Shown one piece after another: positions 46,549 through 56,797 of a stretch of 64,000 bases of DNA (positions within the stretch are counted from its first letter, which is position 1; each line of letters opens with the position of its first letter). The notes beneath the pieces are model-generated. The model searched no databases and was not told the origin of the DNA. It saw only the letters and a program-made list of their open reading frames with translations. Source of the stretch: a phage. Position numbers and translations under genes: made by a program. The stretch lies in sequence record PZ445444.1; one strand, 5' to 3'.

Positions 46549-47541
46549 CTACAGGCTATTACCTGTCCTATGTTTACAACAAATCTCTCTATGCGCTGAT
46601 TCTACCATACTGAACACTTCAGGTCTGTAGTTAAAGAATTCGGTACTACCATCAAATTTTACAGGGAAGTTTATTTTATATTTACTGAAGGCTTTGTGCA
46701 CAGATTTTTCTACAGCCAGCATGTTTTCAGTTGATCCTTCCAACGTTTTCACTATGTGAAGATCGCGGATACTAGCTCCAGATCTTTGTGCACTTTTAAG
46801 TATCTGGTCTCTTCGCTTACTTTCATTATGACTGACCCCTATTTTCATAAATGTAGGCACTTCTGGATCATCAACCATAATGTAGAGTTTTCCGTTATCG
46901 TGTGATAAAAATCCTGTTTTAGCACATCTAGGGCAAGCATGTCCCTGCTTAAGACTGCTTGGTACGGTTAACCATGTGTGGCTACAATTTTTACAGCAGC
47001 ACAGGACTTTCTTATCCCACCTAATAATTTCTTCCAATATCTCAACATAAGGATTTCTACTTCTTATGGACTCAACCCACTTTTCGTGTGGTGATGTTTT
47101 ACTTTGTGAGATTCTTGACCCCTTACAAACTGGACAACCTCTTTTCAAATTTATATGGTTATCAGGTGTCTGTGTAAAGTGATTTCCACAAGTGTTGCAG
47201 ATTATTTCTACCCTGTCTTTGCAAGTCTTGTAGTATACGAGAGAGTAGTCATATTTATCTCCATGGATTTCTTTGGCCCTTTCTACAAATTTAAGACCTT
47301 TATTACACTTTGCAGCACGAGAAAGTTTTGCACAAAAAGGACAACCACGACCTTGCAAGTGTTTACAAGGTGCTTGCATAAAATCCCCATGGATTTGGCA
47401 GGTAATGCAAACCTTCGCATAGCAATCCACGTACACTGTTTTCGTGTAATCGTATTTATAACCGTGAATGATTTTCGCCTTCTCTATAAACTCTTCTGTT
47501 GATAATTTAGCCATTTCTTGTTTCCTAACTTCTCTAAACAT
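46549..47541 (-). CDS. zinc-ribbon repeat protein with C-terminal T5orf172/GIY-YIG-like domain (possible free-standing homing endonuclease)
   Basis: Three repeats of HG.KYDY...C..C...CP.C type; C-terminal KLYIMVDDPEVPTFMKIGVSHN ... GSTEFFNY resembles the T5orf172 (GIY-YIG superfamily) pattern. Confidence 0.5.
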   Translation of the reverse strand: MFREVRKQEMAKLSTEEFIEKAKIIHGYKYDYTKTVYVDCYAKVCITCQIHGDFMQAPCKHLQGRGCPFCAKLSRAAKCNKGLKFVERAKEIHGDKYDYSLVYYKTCKDRVEIICNTCGNHFTQTPDNHINLKRGCPVCKGSRISQSKTSPHEKWVESIRSRNPYVEILEEIIRWDKKVLCCCKNCSHTWLTVPSSLKQGHACPRCAKTGFLSHDNGKLYIMVDDPEVPTFMKIGVSHNESKRRDQILKSAQRSGASIRDLHIVKTLEGSTENMLAVEKSVHKAFSKYKINFPVKFDGSTEFFNYRPEVFSMVESAHREICCKHRTGNSL

Positions 47542-47578
47542 CTGTATAGTGCCACATCCTTGTGGCTTTTGTCAAGTA

Positions 47579-48841
47579 TCAGCAACTACAACTTCCATAG
47601 TGCTTAACTCGCTCGATAACTTCCGCTTGCTTACCTTTATTGTAAGGACGGGAGTTAGGACTGGAAAGGTATCCAGACACACGTCGAATTACACTGATCG
47701 TTCCCTCTTCATGGTTTCCACACTCTGGGCATACAAAGCCTTTAGCTGTTGCACTGAACTCACCAGAGAAACCACACTTGAGACATTTATCCACAGGTTG
47801 GTTAATACCAAAATACATAATGTGTTTATACCCGAAGTCAACAAGAGCCTCTAAAGCATCCAGGTTGTTTTTCAGGTTGGGTGTTTCTACGTATCCGATG
47901 TTGCCACCAGAGGAGATCATAGCAAAACCTTCCTCATACTCCCACTTATCAAAAGGAGAGCTATTTATCCATACTGGCTGATGGAAACTGTTGGTGAGAT
48001 ATTCATGCTCGTGCTTCAACACTTCCGGATATTCACGATCCAGACAGGTTGCAGCTTTATAGCATAGACTCTCAGAAGGAGTGCCGTACAAGCTAAATGC
48101 TAGTCTACTTTCCTTCTTGTATCGCTCACAAGCATCTCTCATGTGCTGAAGGATTCCAAGAGCTAAAGCCTTGTCACCCTCTCTGCCCAAAATCTGACAG
48201 GTTTCATACACACCGATATACCCAATACTGATGGAAGCGTACCCGTCATAGAAGAGTTTATCAATACTCTCTTCAGGATCCAGGCGAGCAAGAGCGCCTT
48301 CACACCACATGATGGGGTTCTGCCCTGCCTTTGTTCCTTTTAGACGATTAACCCTTACAAGGTGAGCCTCGTATGCAAGATCCAAGTATTCGTCAAGAAC
48401 TGCAAAGAAATCAACACCTTCAGTCTTGGCTTTTGCCGCAATCATTGGCAGGTTAAGGCTAACAACGCCTAAGTTAAATCTGCCAAGGTATTTCTCCTCG
48501 CCTGTTTCCAAGTCATTGTATTTGCTAAGAAAACTCCTGCAACCCATGCTAGTTACTTTGCCATCTGTCGAGCCTGTCACTTTTCTATTTAGTGGTACAG
48601 ATACGAAGTCAGGATAGATACGTTCTGCACAGCATTCCAGAGCTAATCGTTTCAAATCATAGTTAGGATCCCCAGGGTTCATGTTGACACCCTCTTCCAG
48701 GAAGAACAGCACTTTAGGGAACACAGGTGTGATACGTTCTTCACCAAGACCCATTTTGTGGACTTTCAGGTAGTTTTTGGTAATCATTCTACCAAAGACC
48801 GAGGTATCCAGTCCTAAACTCAATGTGATGAATGGAGTCTG
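47579..48841 (-). CDS. nrdD: anaerobic ribonucleoside-triphosphate reductase, exon 2
   Basis: Begins QTPFITLSLGLDTS (E. coli NrdD QTPFVTFGFGLGTS); C-terminal glycyl-radical region RRVSGYLSSPNSRPYNKGKQAEV and Cys cluster. Confidence 0.8.
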   Translation of the reverse strand, partial: QTPFITLSLGLDTSVFGRMITKNYLKVHKMGLGEERITPVFPKVLFFLEEGVNMNPGDPNYDLKRLALECCAERIYPDFVSVPLNRKVTGSTDGKVTSMGCRSFLSKYNDLETGEEKYLGRFNLGVVSLNLPMIAAKAKTEGVDFFAVLDEYLDLAYEAHLVRVNRLKGTKAGQNPIMWCEGALARLDPEESIDKLFYDGYASISIGYIGVYETCQILGREGDKALALGILQHMRDACERYKKESRLAFSLYGTPSESLCYKAATCLDREYPEVLKHEHEYLTNSFHQPVWINSSPFDKWEYEEGFAMISSGGNIGYVETPNLKNNLDALEALVDFGYKHIMYFGINQPVDKCLKCGFSGEFSATAKGFVCPECGNHEEGTISVIRRVSGYLSSPNSRPYNKGKQAEVIERVKHYGSCSC

Positions 48842-49638
48842 CTGTCTCCTCCCTGTGTTTCCACAGGGCCAGACTATCTCTTACTCTACTTCAATAAGAT
48901 AATAACCCTTTATTGTGAGATGCTTACCTTCGGCATTTCCTTCGATAGCCCTATGAACGTTACCTACGTTCAAATTTAAGGCTTTTGCACAGGCATAGAG
49001 TGAAGGATATTCACCCACCAAGGTTTTCCCTTTGTATGCCTGCACTTTCCTATAGCACTTACCTGGACAAAGTCCTGTTCGGAAAGCATGTCTCTTATTA
49101 TCTTCCGGCAAAACCCACTCTAGGTTAGACGGATGATCATTCAATGTATTGCCATCTTTATGATTCACTTCCCAGTTTTCAGGGTCTTCTGGGACATCCG
49201 GCAAACAATACAAGGCAACAATCCTTGAGGTTTGGATTCGAATCTTTTTACCTTTGTGGTTGAAAGAGTACATATAACGGCGTTTAACATGCTTGTTACC
49301 TTTTCCATAACCTCCCCACAATATTGGGTGTAGCATTCCACGTTTTCCGTATACGTTTCCAACCTCATCAATCACATAGTTTGATTCTTCACCATTAAGA
49401 ATGATCTTTTTCATAGAGCCTCTCCATTTCGAAGTTAGTATTTCAACTAACCCCTACACTACTTGGTTCAGAAATGTTTGTCAAGCATCTCTGCCTTTCG
49501 TTAGTCGTTACAACCGTTCCAACTCCTGTAAGAACTAGTCACGGGATTGGCATAGCTTTCGCCTTAGCGTTCCCCGTTAGCCGGATTTACCGACCCCTCT
49601 TATGAGGTTAGGAGAGTTTTACAACGGCCAGTTTGTTA
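48842..49638 (-). mobile_element. group I self-splicing intron interrupting nrdD
   Basis: Exon 1 frame stops right after ...NTLTSVNG; intron starts after exon-terminal T and ends in G before QTPF. Core-like elements aacggggaac (P), caatcccgtg (Q), gtaacgactaacg (R), gagatagtctgg (S); P9-like cctgtg-gaaa-cacagg; HNH ORF between R and S. Confidence 0.7.
48881..49414 (-). CDS. intron-encoded HNH homing endonuclease
   Basis: 177 aa; HNH core VNHKDGNTLNDHPSNLEWV; RBS GGAGAGG; lies wholly inside the nrdD intron. Confidence 0.8.
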   Translation of the reverse strand: MKKIILNGEESNYVIDEVGNVYGKRGMLHPILWGGYGKGNKHVKRRYMYSFNHKGKKIRIQTSRIVALYCLPDVPEDPENWEVNHKDGNTLNDHPSNLEWVLPEDNKRHAFRTGLCPGKCYRKVQAYKGKTLVGEYPSLYACAKALNLNVGNVHRAIEGNAEGKHLTIKGYYLIEVE

Positions 49639-50499
49639 ACCGTTGACAGAAGTTAACGTATTGATTTGATAGAGCAAAGTCTGCATGCTGTCAAATACGT
49701 CTTTATCTGTCATTTGCATTGCAACAGTCTCAGCATCTGGCAACCAATGTTCCTGGCAAAATTTAAGGTTCTTCTCATAGGTCGCTTCAGCATACTGTGC
49801 CAGATAATGATCAATATGGCTCATAGTCTGACCCCCATATTGAGCACTAGCTACTGCACTAGAGATTTGGCTAAGGATTGTTGTTGCAACCCCTATTGAC
49901 TTAGGCTTACTGACATGGGCGTTACCAATGTTGAATCCGTTTTCCAACATATCTGGATAATTTACCAAACAACAGTTTGTTAACGGACTGATCAAGTAGT
50001 CAAGATCATGCACATGGATGAAGCCTCTATTGTGCTCTTCTGAGACACGGTCTGGCAGGATCTGTGTTGATGCAAGGTGTTTGCTAAGAATGCCTGCAAG
50101 CAGGTCACGATGAGTGTGTACATGATTGGTAGGCTTATTTGCGTTTTCTTTTGTAAATTCATCACAAGTGCGATCCAAGAAGCCACTAATATCTGCAAGC
50201 AGTTTTCCACCTGCCTCTCTGTTATTATCTCTTGTCTGCCTATACTGGATGTATTCTCTGGCTGCACATTTTAAACCCATATCCATAAGAGCGTCTTCAA
50301 CAAGGATATGGATATTTTTTACAGAGATCGTGCACTGGTCGGTTGGTAGATTGTTAGCAACAACTTCATTAACCGCGCAGGCGATCCGGTAAGCTTCTTC
50401 TTCAGTATGTCCAGACTCAAGTAAGGCGGACTCTGCCGCCTTGATCACCTTAATTCCGTTATAGACCTCTTCTCTACCGTCCCGTTTTACAACTTTCAC
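49639..50499 (-). CDS. nrdD: anaerobic ribonucleoside-triphosphate reductase, exon 1
   Basis: N-terminal ATP-cone (VVKRDGREE...); collinear with the E. coli NrdD N-terminal 300 aa up to ...NTLTSVNG. Confidence 0.8.
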
Positions 50500-50774
50500 T
50501 TTTTCTCTCCAAAACCATTCTTAACAAAAGAGATGAAATCGTCGGCACCGCCTATATGGACACTTTCAAGATTACTTTCTAAGAAGATCTGCGGCAACGT
50601 TCTGGGTACGATTGGACTGCACTTCTCAATAAGCTCTTCTTTTGTGTAACCCTCGCCAAGTGTCTTATATACAAAAGGCAGACCCTTACTGACTGCAAAT
50701 TCTTTTGCTCTTACACAATGTGGGCAGTTATCTTTACCGTAAATAATAAAGAAAAAAGATTTTTCACAGCTCAT
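50496..50774 (-). CDS. glutaredoxin/NrdH-like redoxin
   Basis: 92 aa; active-site CPHC; adjacent to nrdB. Confidence 0.7.
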   Translation of the reverse strand: MSCEKSFFFIIYGKDNCPHCVRAKEFAVSKGLPFVYKTLGEGYTKEELIEKCSPIVPRTLPQIFLESNLESVHIGGADDFISFVKNGFGEKK

Positions 50775-50777
50775 GTA

Positions 50778-51866
50778 TTAAAACTCCCAAATTTCTTCTT
50801 CAGCGTCGTTAACAGTTGTGTTGACGCGGTAGTCAGTGTTCGACATTTCTTGGTTCGCCGTCTGTTGCAATGAAGGTTTCATCCACACCTGCATAAACGG
50901 TAGCGGGTCCTTTGTTGGCGGCACAAAGTCTTTGTCGATATCGTAGTAATCATAAATCGGTGAGCAGTTATAGTCAACCCATTCTTTAAGCAACGGTGAG
51001 TTAAGGCCTATAATCGCTCTTCCTTCGCTGAAAATATAGTCGCTCCAACCGTACTCCTTGGTTCGTACTTCATCAAGAATCTCTTTTAACTCCCCTTTTA
51101 TCTCCAGGAAGCTTTTCTCCCATGCTGGATCGTTAAGCAGGATATCAATGATGGCAAAATCACCTTTCGAATGTAGCATTTCGTCAAGCATGATTTTTTG
51201 AACAAGCTGTGCCACCTGAACAAAAATACCCTGTTCAGCTACTGCGAAAGTGCATGCAAAACTTGCAATAAACTCAATACTTTCCAGAGCTAAAAGTGCA
51301 AAAAGCGCTCTAAGAATGCATTTCCGCACAACATCTTCTTCAACACTAGAAGGATCCAGTCGGTATTTTGCACCAATAACCTCAAGCTCTTGCATGTATT
51401 TGACAATAACGCCGGATCTGCTCAGAACGTTTTGGTTTTCCTGAATCTCTTCTATAATCTCACGGGCATTGGGGAGGCATTGTCTAACAATCTCTGAGTA
51501 AGTTAGTGCGTGAAGAACTTCAATCTCTGACTGTTTCATCAATAGAGTGAAAAGCTCACTATTGGTGATAAATGGTGAAAACAGACAAATGATAGATCTT
51601 GCCGCAACGCTATCAGCCTCCCATTGCCACATCAAGGTCTGCACCATCACGTCATAAGTTGACTTTGAGCATGTTACAAAATCTGAAATAGATTGCGACA
51701 AATCCACTTCATCCTCTGCCCAGTCTTGTTCTTTTTGTTTTTTGTATAGTTCAAACAGTTGTGGATATTTTTTGTTGATAGAGTCGTACATACCCATTTG
51801 CTGTCCTAGAAACAGCGGATAGTCACCAGTTTTATGAGCGGTGTTCTCAGCATTAAATACAGCCAT
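50778..51866 (-). CDS. nrdB: ribonucleotide reductase class Ia beta subunit
   Basis: 362 aa; ferritin-like helical protein with acidic C-terminal tail ...EEEIWEF; immediately downstream of nrdA. Confidence 0.8.
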   Translation of the reverse strand: MAVFNAENTAHKTGDYPLFLGQQMGMYDSINKKYPQLFELYKKQKEQDWAEDEVDLSQSISDFVTCSKSTYDVMVQTLMWQWEADSVAARSIICLFSPFITNSELFTLLMKQSEIEVLHALTYSEIVRQCLPNAREIIEEIQENQNVLSRSGVIVKYMQELEVIGAKYRLDPSSVEEDVVRKCILRALFALLALESIEFIASFACTFAVAEQGIFVQVAQLVQKIMLDEMLHSKGDFAIIDILLNDPAWEKSFLEIKGELKEILDEVRTKEYGWSDYIFSEGRAIIGLNSPLLKEWVDYNCSPIYDYYDIDKDFVPPTKDPLPFMQVWMKPSLQQTANQEMSNTDYRVNTTVNDAEEEIWEF

Positions 51867-51877
51867 TATTCTAACCT

Positions 51878-51898
51878 CTAAAATGGGGCCGAAGCCCC
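51878..51898 (-). terminator. possible intrinsic terminator after nrdA
   Basis: Minus strand ggggc-ttcg-gcccc followed by auuuuag. Confidence 0.4.
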
Positions 51899-51905
51899 TT
51901 TAAAA

Positions 51906-54221
51906 TTATAGTGCACAACTTTCACAATACTGATCTTCAACTGAACTATCTGCATTCAAAGGATAGTTCTTTCTGGTTTCATCTTCAGCCTGTTTCTTGG
52001 CATGAAGTTCCTCTGCCAAGGAGTCGCCAGCACCAACCCTAGAGTTTAAATAATACCATGTCTTCATTCCGAATTTAGTGGCACGGATAAGGTACCCTAG
52101 CTGCTCCTTCATTGAAATTTTACCATCTTTCAACTTGGTGTAGTCTATGTACAAATCCGCGCTGATTGCCTGACCTGTGAATTTTTGAATCACAGCATAC
52201 ATATCGATCATGTCGTTAGTATCAACGTCCCAAGCCGAAGTGTAATACTCTTTCAACTCATCATAGTCAGGAACGATAAACAGCACCTGCCCTTGTGGCG
52301 ACTTTTTAAAGATAATGTGCTCACGGACAGGATAGACCCCGTTAGTGGTGTTTGTTGCCAGCGAAGAGCTTTCATTAGGCATATATGCTTCAAGAACGCT
52401 ATTACGTAGCCCACCATTTTCAATGATTTCTTTACGTAACCCTTCCCAATCCTGTTTAAGAGAAGGATCTTTCACCACGCTATCGACCTCTTTGTTATAG
52501 GTGTCGATTGGTAACCAACCTTCTGGATATTTTGTCTTATGCATCCACTCGCAGACACCACGCTCTTTTGCCAACCGTAAACTTGCCTTATGCAAGCTGT
52601 AGCTGTGAAGTTCTGCAAGATCGTGAACAAGCTGTTTACTTTCAGGAGATCCGTAAGTAACCTTGTGGCTGGCAATAAAATGTGCAACATTGGTAAGGCC
52701 AACCCCGATGGATCTGCGTTTTTTAACAGTACTCTCCATATTTTCATACGGATATGTCATGATTTCCATAACATTGTCAATCATAAGCACCGTGTAGTAT
52801 GCAACATCCTCATACTCCTCTGGGGTAACCCTTCCAGCTACAAGGGATGACAGGAAGCACAATGCAACCTCACCATCATCAACATCGTACTTGAAGATAT
52901 TACGCATATCTGAATAGCCTTTTGTCGGGAGAGCTATTTCTGCACACAGGTTACTTGAATAGATCACATCTTTAAAAGGTGTATGTCTATTCATCTCATC
53001 TGTCCAGTATACGTACAGTCTTCCCACCTCGGTACGCTGCGTGATCAGCTCAACAGCAAGATCTCTAGCTCGGATCCATGTTTTAGGAATACTGTCATCT
53101 TTAGCGATACGATCAACCTCTGCATCAAACTCCTCCATAGACATGGTGAAGATACCTTCATGCAGTTGAGGCGCGTGCTTATAAGAAACAAGCATCCAAT
53201 CTAAATTCTTAGCCACACGGTTGATAAACGACCTATTAATACCTATGGAGTAGTCCATGGTGTTGATTCTTTTTGAAGCAACAGTCATAGGGTTTCTCAA
53301 ACGGATTAGCTCATCAATCTGCGGGTCTAGTGCAAGGAATGATACTGTTGCAGAACCGCCACGTGATTGTTGTCTGTTCTCCTTAACCCCAGCATCAATA
53401 CCTCGATAATATGGAATCTTACCCATATGTTTAATAGTGTTACCACGAACACCATCGCCTGCAGATCTTGAGGATAAGTAGTAGCCGATACCTGCTTGGT
53501 TAACCGTCATTGTGTACGCAACTTCACGTGCCACACCAATCGATTTTGCTGTATCATCAGCTTTTATTACACAACAAGATGCATACCCTGTCTTACCTGT
53601 GCGCAGCCCGTTTAAGTATGGTGTCGGGGCATTGATCTTTAAGTCGGACAGATAAGTGTATAATTTTACAACATCGTTGATACGACGTTCTTTCGGCATA
53701 TTCTTCATGACAGCCATTGCTATCCCCATAAACATCATCTGGGGAGATTCAAACAGGGTGTCTTTAAGAGTATCCTTGATCCCGTATTTGTCGCGAAACT
53801 GTTTAAGGACTGCATAGCCATAACCGAGATCTTTACTGTGGTCAATAACAGCGTCTAAAGTGTTTAGCTCGGTAAAGCTATAACCCATATCCTCCCAATA
53901 ACCTTTCTCAACCATGGTATTGTAAAAGGATGGTAAGGAAGGGATCTTTGTAAACCCTCCAAAAGCCTCTTTATAAATCTGACCAATAAGAACACGACCA
54001 GCCATACGGGAATGTGCTTCGTCTTTACGGCTAACACAGGAGTCTATGATAGCTTGGTTAACTTCTTTGGTTGTACATCTATCATACAGTCGTTTGTATG
54101 CATCCAGTGCAATGTGTGACCAATTGCCGTTACCGTCGTCACCGAAAATAGCTGCCTTATTTAAACGTTCTGGATCGAATGCCACTTCACATCCGTTGCT
54201 TTTAATTACCTTGGTGATCAA
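51906..54221 (-). CDS. nrdA: ribonucleotide reductase class Ia alpha subunit
   Basis: 771 aa; N-terminal ATP-cone; active-site SSNLCAEIALPT; C-terminal Cys pair CESCAL. Confidence 0.9.
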   Translation of the reverse strand: MITKVIKSNGCEVAFDPERLNKAAIFGDDGNGNWSHIALDAYKRLYDRCTTKEVNQAIIDSCVSRKDEAHSRMAGRVLIGQIYKEAFGGFTKIPSLPSFYNTMVEKGYWEDMGYSFTELNTLDAVIDHSKDLGYGYAVLKQFRDKYGIKDTLKDTLFESPQMMFMGIAMAVMKNMPKERRINDVVKLYTYLSDLKINAPTPYLNGLRTGKTGYASCCVIKADDTAKSIGVAREVAYTMTVNQAGIGYYLSSRSAGDGVRGNTIKHMGKIPYYRGIDAGVKENRQQSRGGSATVSFLALDPQIDELIRLRNPMTVASKRINTMDYSIGINRSFINRVAKNLDWMLVSYKHAPQLHEGIFTMSMEEFDAEVDRIAKDDSIPKTWIRARDLAVELITQRTEVGRLYVYWTDEMNRHTPFKDVIYSSNLCAEIALPTKGYSDMRNIFKYDVDDGEVALCFLSSLVAGRVTPEEYEDVAYYTVLMIDNVMEIMTYPYENMESTVKKRRSIGVGLTNVAHFIASHKVTYGSPESKQLVHDLAELHSYSLHKASLRLAKERGVCEWMHKTKYPEGWLPIDTYNKEVDSVVKDPSLKQDWEGLRKEIIENGGLRNSVLEAYMPNESSSLATNTTNGVYPVREHIIFKKSPQGQVLFIVPDYDELKEYYTSAWDVDTNDMIDMYAVIQKFTGQAISADLYIDYTKLKDGKISMKEQLGYLIRATKFGMKTWYYLNSRVGAGDSLAEELHAKKQAEDETRKNYPLNADSSVEDQYCESCAL

Positions 54222-54469
54222 TTTGCTTCCTCCACTTCATTAACGTATTTATCAAGGCAGGTATCAGTATCTTGCTGGACAAAGGTATCCTCTTCTACAG
54301 AGATATTTATAATTTTACCTGTATACTCGTCATAATAAACATCATCATACATTTTAATATCGTTTGTCAGGCCGTTGAACCAAAGCCAGCCAACATATTC
54401 TGCCCGACTTGCAAAACCAAGATCCTTCCACTTGGAGTTATGACTCATCTTCACCACCTTAGCTTTCAA
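54218..54469 (-). CDS. hypothetical protein (83 aa)
   Basis: ATGA coupling to nrdA. Confidence 0.45.
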   Translation of the reverse strand: MKAKVVKMSHNSKWKDLGFASRAEYVGWLWFNGLTNDIKMYDDVYYDEYTGKIINISVEEDTFVQQDTDTCLDKYVNEVEEAN

Positions 54470-54959
54470 TACCGAATAATTTTTCTAGGCGATGCAGATC
54501 TTCAAAATTGAAAGGTTCATCAACAATATGAATATCTTCAGCCTTTTCAGATTGTTTTGTATACTTTCTTACATTAACACGATCCTCTACAGGGATATCA
54601 TACGGAAGATCTTGAACAAGCATTGCCTCACCAGGTGCTTTATCTACATCTAAAATATCTACACCGTTATACATTTGTGGGTATCTAAAGTCTGCACGCA
54701 TGACACCAGCAAATACATCTGCCTTTCGATAATGGGTTGGCTTATTTTTGCATCTAACGTTTTTTCCACGAAGAACATCAATATTTTTTAAATCAAACCC
54801 TACGGCGAAGAGTGCAGCTCGGAGACCGTTTCGTGTGCGAACGTTAAACCCAGGGACGGTAGCTAGGAAATCTAAAGTAACTGAAATAAATGTCTTTTTA
54901 GGAATCATAACATTACTCATATCTGTCTCCATTTCTGGCTCACCAACAAAGTGAGCCAT
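54459..54959 (-). CDS. hypothetical protein (166 aa)
   Basis: ORF in the nucleotide-metabolism cluster; no confident motif. Confidence 0.5.
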   Translation of the reverse strand: MAHFVGEPEMETDMSNVMIPKKTFISVTLDFLATVPGFNVRTRNGLRAALFAVGFDLKNIDVLRGKNVRCKNKPTHYRKADVFAGVMRADFRYPQMYNGVDILDVDKAPGEAMLVQDLPYDIPVEDRVNVRKYTKQSEKAEDIHIVDEPFNFEDLHRLEKLFGIES

Positions 54960-55018
54960 TATTATAGATTATCTGATACTATTAGTCAACACAAAAGTTA
55001 CCTATCGCTGTGATAGGA

Positions 55019-56002
55019 TTAACCTTTCACGAAGTGGTTATTAAGCAGTTGTCTGTGCTGAACCCACCCACAAAAGTTGGCAGACCAGAATTTACCATCA
55101 CGGTCTTGATGGGTTACACCTTCCTGCCAAGTACTAATGTCTTGTGTGATTTCACATGAAGACAGGTAGTAGTTTAAACGTTCCATTGCGTTATCATGAT
55201 CCATAGGTGTTGCCTGGTGTTCGTAAGGGCTTGCATGAATACGATCCCCACCAATCAATTTTTTAGCCACACTGTCTGCCTTTTCAAACGTACTGTCAAT
55301 ATTTCGATAAGATACTTGTGCACAGCAACTAGCACTAATAGACAGAGCTTCTTTAGTATCAAGAATGCAGAGCTTTCCTTCTGTGTCACGTACAGCGTAG
55401 TTAAACTCTCCGTCCAAATAAACGTGCTCTACATATGGAGTGTGCCATTGACCAGGTTTAAGGATTTCAGGAGTGCTATTAGTCATAGCCTCCCACATAC
55501 AATTAGCCAACATATGAATCGTAGGATCTGCATCGTGCCAGCAACGGAGGTGGAAAAAATTATTCCACTCGGTGCTTGTTACAACTGTTTTCATGCGCTG
55601 AAACGGCTCTACTAAGCGGTTACACACCTGCTTATGGTATCCAGCAAGAGCAAACTTCTCAGCGTGCCAGGCTGCATTTTTGGCAGCTTCTTTCCAGAAC
55701 TCTTCAGGAGAGAACTCAAGATCAGTATACTCTACACGGATCTTCTGATCGTGATCGCCACCATCCTCCATACCTCGCTGGTTTACACCAAAACGAACTG
55801 GCATTGCAGGATTTTCCATAACCTGCTGCAGCATTTTGTTAACAGGTACTGCACGAGAGGACATGGCGTTTCTGCTGAAAACTCGGTGTGTCATGAGTTC
55901 AGAGTGAATGATTCTAGGATACTCTAGCTCAAAAGTGGTTATACGCTTACCTTTCTCGGAAATGCTGTCAGCAATAATCTTTGCAGTGCACAGTTTTAGC
56001 AT
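55019..56002 (-). CDS. thyX: flavin-dependent thymidylate synthase
   Basis: ThyX-type motif HR-x7-S in THRVFSRNAMSSR; 327 aa. Confidence 0.7.
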   Translation of the reverse strand: MLKLCTAKIIADSISEKGKRITTFELEYPRIIHSELMTHRVFSRNAMSSRAVPVNKMLQQVMENPAMPVRFGVNQRGMEDGGDHDQKIRVEYTDLEFSPEEFWKEAAKNAAWHAEKFALAGYHKQVCNRLVEPFQRMKTVVTSTEWNNFFHLRCWHDADPTIHMLANCMWEAMTNSTPEILKPGQWHTPYVEHVYLDGEFNYAVRDTEGKLCILDTKEALSISASCCAQVSYRNIDSTFEKADSVAKKLIGGDRIHASPYEHQATPMDHDNAMERLNYYLSSCEITQDISTWQEGVTHQDRDGKFWSANFCGWVQHRQLLNNHFVKG

Positions 56003-56202
56003 TATTTAGCTCTCCTTGTTTTAATTTTGGAAATTTCGTCTGGGTTTATGTTGGCCTTAAATGCAAGGTACCTGTTAAACATGTCAGAGCACATATCCTG
56101 GGTGATCCTGGAAGCATACACTAGCTTTCCCTCCAGATTATATACCTCTAGCCAGTCTCCGTATCTGACTACAGGATCGCCACCTTTAGAACATCTGCCC
56201 AT
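56002..56202 (-). CDS. hypothetical protein (66 aa)
   Basis: Short ORF coupled to thyX. Confidence 0.45.
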   Translation of the reverse strand: MGRCSKGGDPVVRYGDWLEVYNLEGKLVYASRITQDMCSDMFNRYLAFKANINPDEISKIKTRRAK

Positions 56203-56203
56203 T

Positions 56204-56797
56204 TCAAATACCTTCTAAAAACTTTCCTATTTTATACCAGCTATTAGCGGTATAGTCAATACTGACCTTTAACTCCTCGAATTGCTCATAAGGCGTATCT
56301 TTTAGGATTTTAATAACTTCAGGTCGTGAAGCGAATTGGTTCAGGTATTCATGCCTGTCGTCAATTATAACATCTACAGCCACATTTCCTTTGAAATGTG
56401 TGGCGTAGAAGCCGTGGCCCTGGGTGTGATCGTCCAGATCCATAAAATCACTGGTCCAACGCTTTAAGAACCTTGATTTAGATGCAAGGTGGCCTTTCTT
56501 GCATACCGAGATAAATGCAAGCTTGTGACCACGAGCCACCAAATCTTTCATAACCTCAATAGCCCCCTCTTCAGGCTTAAGGAAGTCGTAGAGGAACGGG
56601 TCACTCCAGAAATCAAAAGGCCCTATGATGTTTTCTTTGGGGCGATCAGGCCAATACTTCGACAGATCGTAATACATTAGCCCATTAGAAGGTTTAGCGA
56701 CTGTCTTACTGGCTGGACCATACAAACGCTCCAACCACTCCCACCATGCTGTTCCTGAATCTACCAGTGTCAAATCTACATCAATTCCGATTAACAT
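56204..56797 (-). CDS. HAD-superfamily phosphatase (possible deoxyribonucleotidase)
   Basis: N-terminal motif I-like GIDVDLTLVD (DxDxT). Confidence 0.5.
   Translation of the reverse strand: MLIGIDVDLTLVDSGTAWWEWLERLYGPASKTVAKPSNGLMYYDLSKYWPDRPKENIIGPFDFWSDPFLYDFLKPEEGAIEVMKDLVARGHKLAFISVCKKGHLASKSRFLKRWTSDFMDLDDHTQGHGFYATHFKGNVAVDVIIDDRHEYLNQFASRPEVIKILKDTPYEQFEELKVSIDYTANSWYKIGKFLEGI

Noticed and set aside
51906-54221. Intein or intron inside nrdA or the DNA polymerase
   Set aside because: Both proteins have typical lengths and continuous conserved motifs, with no embedded endonuclease-like insert; only nrdD shows an interruption.
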